Assembly (NCBI GenBank): GCA_964016885.1
Contig: OZ024741.1
Location: forward strand, 206,894,001-206,958,000
Reading direction: 5' to 3'
Source of the DNA: Eledone cirrhosa
Lineage: Eukaryota
Length of the DNA: 64,000 nt
Shown here: positions 53,102 through 64,000 of the stretch, in pieces
Numbering within the stretch: the stretch's first letter is position 1
How the letters are laid out: every line of letters begins with the position of its first letter
Translations under genes and position numbers: made by a program
The notes under the pieces: generated by a model
What the model saw: the letters and a program-made list of their open reading frames with translations, nothing else
Told to the model about the DNA's origin: nothing
The model's database searches: none

Positions 53102-56100
53102 GACCGGCAACCGCTCTTTCAAACCAGTTCCTGTACACAGCTAAGTATTCTATAAGTCTCTAGCTGTGTCATTCTCGATGAAAGCACTGGATATGTAGTC
53201 CTGACGATTTCTAATAAGAATGAAACGCGTAGATTTACTTCCCTTGCTTTTATCGAGAATCTAATTGTAATACGTGACGTATTCTATTCTATAGCGATTA
53301 GGTCTTCAAAATGTTTATTATAAACATACAGAATATTTTCGAATATTCTATGTCTATATTCACATATATATCGCTATTTCAGAGCATTTATTCCAATTTC
53401 TAATTTCTGCCGGACCGGCAACCGCTCTTTCAAACCAGTTCCTGTACACAGCTAAGTATTCTATAAGTCTCTAGCTGTGTCATTCTCGATGAAAGCACTG
53501 GATATGTAGTCCTGACGATTTCTAATAAGAATGAAACGCGTAGATTTACTTCCCTTGCTTTTATCGAGAATCTAATTGTAATACGTGACGTATTCTATTC
53601 TATAGCGATTAGGTCTTCAAAATGTTTATTATAAACATACAGAATATTTTCGAATATTCTATGTCTATATTCACATATATATCGCTATTTCAGAGCATTT
53701 ATTCCAATTTCTAATTTCTGCCGGACCGGCAACCGCTCTTTCAAACCAGTTCCTGTACACAGCTAAGTATTCTATAAGTCTCTAGCTGTGTCATTCTCGA
53801 TGAAAGCACTGGATATGTAGTCCTGACGATTTCTAATAAGAATGAAACGCGTAGATTTACTTCCCTTGCTTTTATCGAGAATCTAATTGTAATACGTGAC
53901 GTATTCTATTCTATAGCGATTAGGTCTTCAAAATGTTTATTATAAACATACAGAATATTTTCGAATATTCTATGTCTATATTCACATATATATCGCTATT
54001 TCAGAGCATTTATTCCAATTTCTAATTTCTGCCGGACCGGCAACCGCTCTTTCAAACCAGTTCCTGTACACAGCTAAGTATTCTATAAGTCTCTAGCTGT
54101 GTCATTCTCGATGAAAGCACTGGATATGTAGTCCTGACGATTTCTAATAAGAATGAAACGCGTAGATTTACTTCCCTTGCTTCTATCGAGAATCTAATTG
54201 TAATACGTGACGTATTCTATTCTATAGCGATTAGGTCTTCAAAATGTTTATTATAAACATACAGAATATTTTCGAATATTCTATGTCTATATTCACATAT
54301 ATATCGCTATTTCAGAGCATTTATTCCAATTTCTAATTTCTGCCGGACCGGCAACCGCTCTTTCAAACCAGTTCCTGTACACAGCTAAGTATTCTATAAG
54401 TCTCTAGCTGTGTCATTCTCGATGAAAGCACTGGATATGTAGTCCTGACGATTTCTAATAAGAATGAAACGCGTAGATTTACTTCCCTTGCTTTTATCGA
54501 GAATCTAATTGTAATACGTGACGTATTCTATTCTATAGCGATTAGGTCTTCAAAATGTTTATTATAAACATACAGAATATTTTCGAATATTCTATGTCTA
54601 TATTCACATATATATCGCTATTTCAGAGCATTTATTCCAATTTCTAATTTCTGCCGGACCGGCAACCGCTCTTTCAAACCAGTTCCTGTACACAGCTAAG
54701 TATTCTATAAGTCTCTAGCTGTGTCATTCTCGATGAAAGCACTGGATATGTAGTCCTGACGATTTCTAATAAGAATGAAACGCGTAGATTTACTTCCCTT
54801 GCTTTTATCGAGAATCTAATTGTAATACGTGACGTATTCTATTCTATAGCGATTAGGTCTTCAAAATGTTTATTATAAACATACAGAATATTTTCGAATA
54901 TTCTATGTCTATATTCACATATATATCGCTATTTCAGAGCATTTATTCCAATTTCTAATTTCTGCCGGACCGGCAACCGCTCTTTCAAACCAGTTCCTGT
55001 ACACAGCTAAGTATTCTATAAGTCTCTAGCTGTGTCATTCTCGATGAAAGCACTGGATATGTAGTCCTGACGATTTCTAATAAGAATGAAACGCGTAGAT
55101 TTACTTCCCTTGCTTTTATCGAGAATCTAATTGTAATACGTGACGTATTCTATTCTATAGCGATTAGGTCTTCAAAATGTTTATTATAAACATACAGAAT
55201 ATTTTCGAATATTCTATGTCTATATTCACATATATATCGCTATTTCAGAGCATTTATTCCAATTTCTAATTTCTGCCGGACCGGCAACCGCTCTTTCAAA
55301 CCAGTTCCTGTACACAGCTAAGTATTCTATAAGTCTCTAGCTGTGTCATTCTCGATGAAAGCACTGGATATGTAGTCCTGACGATTTCTAATAAGAATGA
55401 AACGCGTAGATTTACTTCCCTTGCTTTTATCGAGAATCTAATTGTAATACGTGACGTATTCTATTCTATAGCGATTAGGTCTTCAAAATGTTTATTATAA
55501 ACATACAGAATATTTTCGAATATTCTATGTCTATATTCACATATATATCGCTATTTCAGAGCATTTATTCCAATTTCTAATTTCTGCCGGACCGGCAACC
55601 GCTCTTTCAAACCAGTTCCTGTACACAGCTAAGTATTCTATAAGTCTCTAGCTGTGTCATTCTCGATGAAAGCACTGGATATGTAGTCCTGACGATTTCT
55701 AATAAGAATGAAACGCGTAGATTTACTTCCCTTGCTTCTATCGAGAATCTAATTGTAATACGTGACGTATTCTATTCTATAGCGATTAGGTCTTCAAAAT
55801 GTTTATTATAAACATACAGAATATTTTCGAATATTCTATGTCTATATTCACATATATATCGCTATTTCAGAGCATTTATTCCAATTTCTAATTTCTGCCG
55901 GACCGGCAACCGCTCTTTCAAACCAGTTCCTGTACACAGCTAAGTATTCTATAAGTCTCTAGCTGTGTCATTCTCGATGAAAGCACTGGATATGTAGTCC
56001 TGACGATTTCTAATAAGAATGAAACGCGTAGATTTACTTCCCTTGCTTTTATCGAGAATCTAATTGTAATACGTGACGTATTCTATTCTATAGCGATTAG

Positions 56101-58678
56101 GTCTTCAAAATGTTTATTATAAACATACAGAATATTTTCGAATATTCTATGTCTATATTCACATATATATCGCTATTTCAGAGCATTTATTCCAATTTCT
56201 AATTTCTGCCGGACCGGCAACCGCTCTTTCAAACCAGTTCCTGTACACAGCTAAGTATTCTATAAGTCTCTAGCTGTGTCATTCTCGATGAAAGCACTGG
56301 ATATGTAGTCCTGACGATTTCTAATAAGAATGAAACGCGTAGATTTACTTCCCTTGCTTTTATCGAGAATCTAATTGTAATACGTGACGTATTCTATTCT
56401 ATAGCGATTAGGTCTTCAAAATGTTTATTATAAACATACAGAATATTTTCGAATATTCTATGTCTATATTCACATATATATCGCTATTTCAGAGCATTTA
56501 TTCCAATTTCTAATTTCTGCCGGACCGGCAACCGCTCTTTCAAACCAGTTCCTGTACACAGCTAAGTATTCTATAAGTCTCTAGCTGTGTCATTCTCGAT
56601 GAAAGCACTGGATATGTAGTCCTGACGATTTCTAATAAGAATGAAACGCGTAGATTTACTTCCCTTGCTTTTATCGAGAATCTAATTGTAATACGTGACG
56701 TATTCTATTCTATAGCGATTAGGTCTTCAAAATGTTTATTATAAACATACAGAATATTTTCGAATATTCTATGTCTATATTCACATATATATCGCTATTT
56801 CAGAGCATTTATTCCAATTTCTAATTTCTGCCGGACCGGCAACCGCTCTTTCAAACCAGTTCCTGTACACAGCTAAGTATTCTATAAGTCTCTAGCTGTG
56901 TCATTCTCGATGAAAGCACTGGATATGTAGTCCTGACGATTTCTAATAAGAATGAAACGCGTAGATTTACTTCCCTTGCTTTTATCGAGAATCTAATTGT
57001 AATACGTGACGTATTCTATTCTATAGCGATTAGGTCTTCAAAATGTTTATTATAAACATACAGAATATTTTCGAATATTCTATGTCTATATTCACATATA
57101 TATCGCTATTTCAGAGCATTTATTCCAATTTCTAATTTCTGCCGGACCGGCAACCGCTCTTTCAAACCAGTTCCTGTACACAGCTAAGTATTCTATAAGT
57201 CTCTAGCTGTGTCATTCTCGATGAAAGCACTGGATATGTAGTCCTGACGATTTCTAATAAGAATGAAACGCGTAGATTTACTTCCCTTGCTTTTATCGAG
57301 AATCTAATTGTAATACGTGACGTATTCTATTCTATAGCGATTAGGTCTTCAAAATGTTTATTATAAACATACAGAATATTTTCGAATATTCTATGTCTAT
57401 ATTCACATATATATCACTATTTCAGAGCATTTATTCCAATTTCTAATTTCTGCCGGACCGGCAACCGCTCTTTCAAACCAGTTCCTGTACACAGCTAAGT
57501 ATTCTATAAGTCTCTAGCTGTGTCATTCTCGATGAAAGCACTGGATATGTAGTCCTGACGATTTCTAATAAGAATGAAACGCGTAGATTTACTTCCCTTG
57601 CTTTTATCGAGAATCTAATTGTAATACGTGACGTATTCTATTCTATAGCGATTAGGTCTTCAAAATGTTTATTATAAACATACAGAATATTTTCGAATAT
57701 TCTATGTCTATATTCACATATATATCGCTATTTCAGAGCATTTATTCCAATTTCTAATTTCTGCCGGACCGGCAACCGCTCTTTCAAACCAGTTCCTGTA
57801 CACAGCTAAGTATTCTATAAGTCTCTAGCTGTGTCATTCTCGATGAAAGCACTGGATATGTAGTCCTGACGATTTCTAATAAGAATGAAACGCGTAGATT
57901 TACTTCCCTTGCTTTTATCGAGAATCTAATTGTAATACGTGACGTATTCTATTCTATAGCGATTAGGTCTTCAAAATGTTTATTATAAACATACAGAATA
58001 TTTTCGAATATTCTATGTCTATATTCACATATATATCGCTATTTCAGAGCATTTATTCCAATTTCTAATTTCTGCCGGACCGGCAACCGCTCTTTCAAAC
58101 CAGTTCCTGTACACAGCTAAGTATTCTATAAGTCTCTAGCTGTGTCATTCTCGATGAAAGCACTGGATATGTAGTCCTGACGATTTCTAATAAGAATGAA
58201 ACGCGTAGATTTACTTCCCTTGCTTTTATCGAGAATCTAATTGTAATACGTGACGTATTCTATTCTATAGCGATTAGGTCTTCAAAATGTTTATTATAAA
58301 CATACAGAATATTTTCGAATATTCTATGTCTATATTCACATATATATCGCTATTTCAGAGCATTTATTCCAATTTCTAATTTCTGCCGGACCGGCAACCG
58401 CTCTTTCAAACCAGTTCCTGTACACAGCTAAGTATTCTATAAGTCTCTAGCTGTGTCATTCTCGATGAAAGCACTGGATATGTAGTCCTGACGATTTCTA
58501 ATAAGAATGAAACGCGTAGATTTACTTCCCTTGCTTTTATCGAGAATCTAATTGTAATACGTGACGTATTCTATTCTATAGCGATTAGGTCTTCAAAATG
58601 TTTATTATAAACATACAGAATATTTTCGAATATTCTATGTCTATATTCACATATATATCGCTATTTCAGAGCATTTAT

Positions 58679-58684
<6 letters not shown>
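53100..58684 (+). repeat. Retrozyme-like array, right arm: about 18 copies of the 311-bp monomer, 18 HHRs on plus strand
   Basis: Reverse complement of the left arm; CTGACGA at 53201+311n, n=0-17 (last 58488); ends in (TA)n. Confidence 0.95.
53195..53238 (+). ncRNA. Minimal type I hammerhead ribozyme of the 311-bp monomer (representative copy)
   Basis: GTAGTC-CUGACGA-TTTCT(AATA)AGAAT-GAAA-CGCG-UA-GATTTAC; palindromic stem III ACGCGT; predicted GUA cut after 53231. Confidence 0.9.
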
Positions 58685-58720
<36 letters not shown>

Positions 58721-58725
<5 letters not shown>

Positions 58726-58916
58726 AACGAGTAGGACCCCGACGGCTGAGCTCAAGCCGTTTCGACGGCTAATTCTGGAATTACAGAATTAGCCGTCGAC
58801 ACGGCTTGAGCTCAGCCGTCGGGGTCCTACTCGTTCCTATTACCCACTCTACTACCCTAAGTATTGAGTACGTTGGTGCGTTATGGTCCACCTGGTTCCT
58901 TACCACATTTCCTTCG

Positions 58917-58920
<4 letters not shown>
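58721..58920. mobile_element. Family A fold-back insertion in (TA)n
   Basis: About 57-bp arms symmetric around the loop GAATTA (near 58778-58783); near-identical to 3528-3684. Confidence 0.85.
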
Positions 58921-58990
<70 letters not shown>

Positions 58991-59038
58991 TCAACGGTAT
59001 TAAATAAATGGAAACTATATTTATAAAACCATATTTTT

Positions 59039-59097
59039 TCTATTATATATATTTCAAGGGTACCAAAACTTTGGTACGCTCTCATCAGATAAAATAT
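59039..59097 (-). ncRNA. Minimal type I hammerhead (family C), with upstream fold-back 59117-59231
   Basis: TATTTTAT-CUGAUGA-GAGCGTACCAAAG/TTTTGGTACCCTT-GAAA-TATATA-UA-ATAGAA; homologous to 28244-28304. Confidence 0.75.
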
Positions 59098-59239
59098 AAT
59101 GTTTGTTTTATAAATATTGACATATCCAGGAAGAAGATCTTAACGGTTCAACTTTTTTCCTGGAGAAAAAACAGTTTAAGTTTATCCAGGAAAATCTTGA
59201 ACCGTTAAGATCTTCTTCCTGAATATGTCAACTTCATGT

Positions 59240-59398
59240 CAACTTTAATTAGTTACTACCTAGCTGTGTGTGCTTACACACTTTATAAATTATTCCCTGT
59301 GATTGTTTCATATGTTTATTTTATATATATGTCAATCAATTTCTAGTTGATATAAAATGCTCGGATCTATTCATTAGAATCTTTGAGCTTATTCTACA
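59240..59398 (-). repeat. Inverted homolog of 20398-20562 (element 3' region)
   Basis: CTAGCTGTGTGTGCTTACACACTTT..TCAATCAATTTCTAGTTGATATAAAAT shared. Confidence 0.85.
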
Positions 59399-59594
59399 GT
59401 GGATATGGCGCATGTCTCTCAGACATTTAATTTAATTTTGGATATATATATTTATATATATATGTCTGTATATATATTTATGTATATATATATATATATA
59501 TTTATATATATGTGTGTATATATATTTATATATATGTATGTATATATATTTATGTATATATATATTTATATATATATAAATATGTATATATATT

Positions 59595-59626
<32 letters not shown>

Positions 59627-60667
59627 TTAAAGTAACTAATACATACATGAATATATTTAACATTTTCATGTTTATACCATCGTATCTCTATATTTTAACC
59701 ACCAACACCACAACTACTCTCAATAAACATACTATGTTTAATTTTCTTCGCACATATAAACATATTTTATTTATTTATTTTCATATTTTGTATTGTTGTG
59801 TATCATCCTCGATGTAACTTGTTTATTAGCATTTATTCATTTATTGTTGAAATCATTTTTTTCCCTTTATTTTTATTTTTATTTACCTTCTATTTTATTC
59901 TTTATACTTTCTCTTCTCTTTCTCTCCCCTTTTCTCTCTGTCCTTTTTCTCTATATCTTTCTTTTTTTTTCTTTTCTCCTTTTTCTTTTTTTCTCTCTAT
60001 CTCTCTTTCTTTTTTCTCTCTCTATCTTTATTAATGATGTTGTAATTTGAATTTGTGAAAACTGAACATATTTTAACAGTTTCTCTGGTGATCTGGTTAA
60101 GCTAACAGCGCATTTAAAATCGAGTGGCACAGTTTCAAGCGTTCAGCAATTTTTAGACAACTTAATCAGTGAAGTCCGCCGGAGCTGTGGGTGGGCCCCA
60201 TCGCGTATCAGGCCGATAAATAAAGTACCAATCCGACATTGGTGTCGATTCTCCACCCACCTTTTCTCTCTAACCACACACACTGGCAGTTACTGATAGG
60301 AAATATCGTTTTAATTGTATCTGTCTACTCATTAATCGTATATAGTAAAATTATAAATAGTACGTTTTTCAAAACTCTCAAAAACACAAAAACAAAAAGA
60401 AAAAAAAAAGTAGTTTCATTAAAAACAAGACAATATGTATTATTAGACTGTAAATAAAACCCTTTTTTGTACTGTTGACCAAGTTATTCTTCACTCTTTC
60501 AATATTATTATTCCAAGATAAACTTACACAGGAATACAAGAGAACTCATAAACTCGCCACCTACGTAAACCCCTTGTTGAGTCAAACAACGCCGTACGTT
60601 AAAACTATCCACCATACGAAGTATTCACAACCTCTAACTGGATTACCTATAACCATATTTTGTTATC

Positions 60668-60745
<78 letters not shown>

Positions 60746-61757
60746 ATGTGTGTGTGTATGTGTGTGTATATATATATATATGAAATATTGCAGAGAAATT
60801 TTTGTACAAACTGCAATATGTTTTGAATCGTCTTTTAAGGAGTTTATATTTACAGCTATTAGTCGTTACGCTAGTTTTTCAAATGTGTACGTATGCGTGT
60901 GTTATAATAAATATATGACTACGTTATTGTTTTATCTAATTAGCAACTATTTTTCATGTGATATAACTTACTTGCACGTCGTTTGGAACTTTGGAACAAT
61001 TAATTTTTATATCAATCACATTGATTTTTAGACATTCACAGTCTCATCGTTTGGTTGTGAACTATTATCGGTGTATGTAACTGCATTTTTATATTAGGCA
61101 ATTATGATTTGTGTAGACTTTATCGCCAGATGTTGTGTAAATTTTGCCCCGGAATTTGTGTTGACCTTTTCGACAAAATTCGTAATTTGAGGTGTGATCG
61201 TTGGATGTAAACTTCCCAAACCTTAGGTTTACGAAGAGGTTTTATCATTCTGCTACCATCATTAATCACTTGTTTTGTGGAAAATGTTTCGTAGCATATA
61301 TTGTCTATTAATGTTTATTTGCCTATCTTTGTTCTTTGTTGTTTGGTGTAGTTTGTTGCAATTGTTCCGAGGAAGGTGATCAATGTAACAGTGGGAGTCA
61401 TGGAGCTTACAAAATTCACTTTCACAATCGAATTTATACATTCATTGGTCATTTGCAGCTTGTTGTCGAATTTCACCTTATATCGTTGGCATTGTTTTTT
61501 AGGTTAATGTTTGATGTATTTAAAGTTCTTGTTTATGATAATTTTCTTTATGTATTCCTGTTTTATAATTTGAAAGCTTTTGATTTATAAAGTAAATTGG
61601 TGTATTTTTAAAGTGTGTAATTTATGCTGTATTTTTTTGCGCTATATTATCGATTATATATTTCTGTATCATGGTATACTAGTTTTTCAGAATATCCGTT
61701 CTTAATTAATATTTGTTTTATTATGTCAAATGTTTAATCTAGTGCTTCGTTTGATAA

Positions 61758-63814
61758 CACCGTGTAACAAAAAGTATTTTTTTCTCTGTTCCTGGCTTGT
61801 AATCACTTTTTGTGTTGCTTAGGTCCCAAATAAATAAAAAAAAGTGCTATTAAACAGTTAAATATTTGGGTTTGTAAAAATTCTAAGCTATTCACTACAA
61901 TTATTTGTATGCTGGATTTTACATTGTATGTAAGTTTAATTTACTTATGTTAAATGATTTTTTTATATATGTTTCAGGTTAAATTATAATTATAAAATAA
62001 AGAGTAATACTTAAAGAAAATTATAAAAGTGCAATAAAGTATAAAATTGTTAAAAAGTGGATTAAAGAGATTTATTGATACTGGATTTTCGCACCCTGAA
62101 TAAGTTGTGTTTTAAGCACGAATTTTCATTAGTATGATTAGTGTTCTTTTATATTATTTAAATATGTAATTCCCTTACCAATATTTATTTTGTATTGTAT
62201 ATTAAATTTATTTTCCAAGACAAGTATTCTGATGAAGAGGAGGAGATGGATGCTGAGGACTTGGATTACCTACCTGAGGTACCAGAAAAAGTTACTCACT
62301 TCCCAAACCAAAAAGAAGTCAATGACTTGGTCAGAGATATGGGCCTGACCAAGTCCAATGCAGAGCTATTCGTCTCCAGGATGAAGCAGTGGAACTTGCT
62401 CAAGGAGGAAGTGCAGGTGACAAGTCAGAAAAGTCGACACGAACCTTTCTCAGGCTTTTACACTCTTAGGGATGGCCTCTGCTTCTGCCATGACGTGCCT
62501 GGACTGTTTGACGCTACTGGGGTGCCGTTTGTGCCCAAGGAGTGGCAGCTCCAACACAAGTTTGAAGGCTGTCCTGCTCCACAATGGAAACAAGTTCCCG
62601 ACACTGCCCTTAGCTCATTCAGTCTGCCTGAAGGAAGATTACTACAGTGTGAAATTCCCCTTGGAAGCTCTGCAATACAACAATTGGGAAATCATTGGAG
62701 ACTTCAAGATGGTGGCTTTCCTGCTTGAACTCCAAGGAGGCTTTATCAAATTCCAATGCTTCCTCTGCCTTTGGGTCAGCAAAGCCACCTCTGACCACTA
62801 CAAAAGAAAGAACTGGGAGCAGCGAACAGAATTTGTAGTTGGGACCCGGAACGTCGTGTGGGAGCCACTGGTTGATCCCAGGATTGTGCTCATGCCGCCA
62901 CTGCACATGAAGTTGGGGTTGATGAAGCAGTTTGTGAAGGCTCTCAACCAAGAACCAGCCGCTTTTAAGTACCTTCTTGAGTTCTTCCCCAAGTTATCTG
63001 AGGCGAAAATCAAAGGTAGGATTTTTGTTGGACCTCAGATAAAGAAGGTGTTTGAGTCTACCGAGTTCTCCAATAAGCTCAATAGGATTGAAAGAACAAC
63101 ATGGAACTGCTTCGATGCAACTGGGCAACTACAGAGCTGAAAACTACCAGCAACTGGTGCAGGATCTGATAAAGGCTTTTGGCGCCATGGGATGTAGGAT
63201 GTCGCTTAAACTCCATATGCTGTACGCTCACCTGGAAAAATTCAAGGACAATATGGGCGCCTACTCAGAAGAACAAGGCGAACGATTCCACAAAGTTGTG
63301 AAAGAGAGAGAGCGGAGGTACCAGGGCCACTACAATGAAAAAATGATGGGGGACTATATCTGGGGCTAGTGCGGGAATGCGACCTGGACTACAACCGCAA
63401 ATCCAGGAAATTCAGTCATTTGTGACGTGTTGCTTTATAAGTGTTATTTGTTTTTATGTGTTTGCTTTTGATAAGCTTGTGTAATAAAATAAATATATAC
63501 TCTGTTGATTTAATTATATGAACTGATAAATTTTTAAAATATGTGTTTTTTCTTGAAAAATATGAAAATTTCGAAATATCAAACTCCTGACCACAAACCC
63601 AAATTTCTGATTAAATAATAGTGTTTTTTTTTTTATAATAATTGTTTCTACTTTAGGCACAAGGCCAGCAATTACCCAGTGCATTACTGGTACTTTACTT
63701 TATCGACCCCACAAGGATGAAAGGCAAAGTCAACCTTTTTTTTTATAATAATGGGATATAACAAACCATGAGATGACACTTAGAAGCGGGGAACAAAAAA
63801 TATGTTACACGGTT
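61758..63814 (+). mobile_element. Chapaev3-like (CMC superfamily) DNA transposon, decayed transposase at 62210-63425
   Basis: TIRs CACCGTGTAACA / TGTTACACGGT(T); 3-bp TSD TAA both sides; motifs GDFKMV..LL..QGG, PPLH.KLGLMKQFVKAL, SLKLH.L..HL, SEEQGERFH; frameshifts; SINE fragment inside at 63642-63736. Confidence 0.85.
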
Positions 63815-64000
63815 TAATCAGAATGGCTTTCTAAGAATGTTGAATGAGTTCAAAATAGTCGATTAATAATAGAATCAGTACTCATAAAACAGCATATTGG
63901 TAAAATAAACACACAGGTAATATACACACAACATAACCAAAACATGTGTCATATATATTTCATTAATTTTCAAATTTCAGTAATGAAATTGTCATCATCA

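Noticed and set aside
51146-58684. CRISPR array or coding repeat
   Set aside because: No unique spacers; whole 311-bp units are identical; no ORF of 60 aa or more within the array; eukaryotic context
62195-63369. Host protein-coding gene
   Set aside because: Three overlapping frames of one frameshifted transposase enclosed by TIRs

Overview
Gene-free, AT-rich, microsatellite-dense eukaryotic DNA. The tRNA-type SINE family and repeat landscape suggest an octopus/cephalopod genome (inference). No intact host gene is visible; most tracked ORFs are microsatellite artefacts. Recognisable coding remnants are decayed transposons: Tx1/L1-like, CR1-like and R4/Hero-like LINEs, a mariner-like and a Chapaev3-like DNA transposon, Helitron ends, and several Penelope-like element (PLE) pieces. 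The main hidden signal is a dense population of minimal type I hammerhead ribozymes (HHRs): about 20 dispersed copies from several families, mostly in fold-back insertions whose 3' ends sit in (TA)n tracts, plus a 7.5-kb array (51146-58684) of about 24 near-identical 311-bp monomers, each with one HHR, arranged as a head-to-head inversion (6 minus, 18 plus). A diverged relative at 24445-24921 has the same two termini and covarying RNA stems. Together these look like a retrozyme/circular-RNA element copied by rolling-circle reverse transcription and integrated at both ends of a (TA)n break, probably by PLE proteins. All structures were read by eye; activity is untested and many boundaries are approximate.
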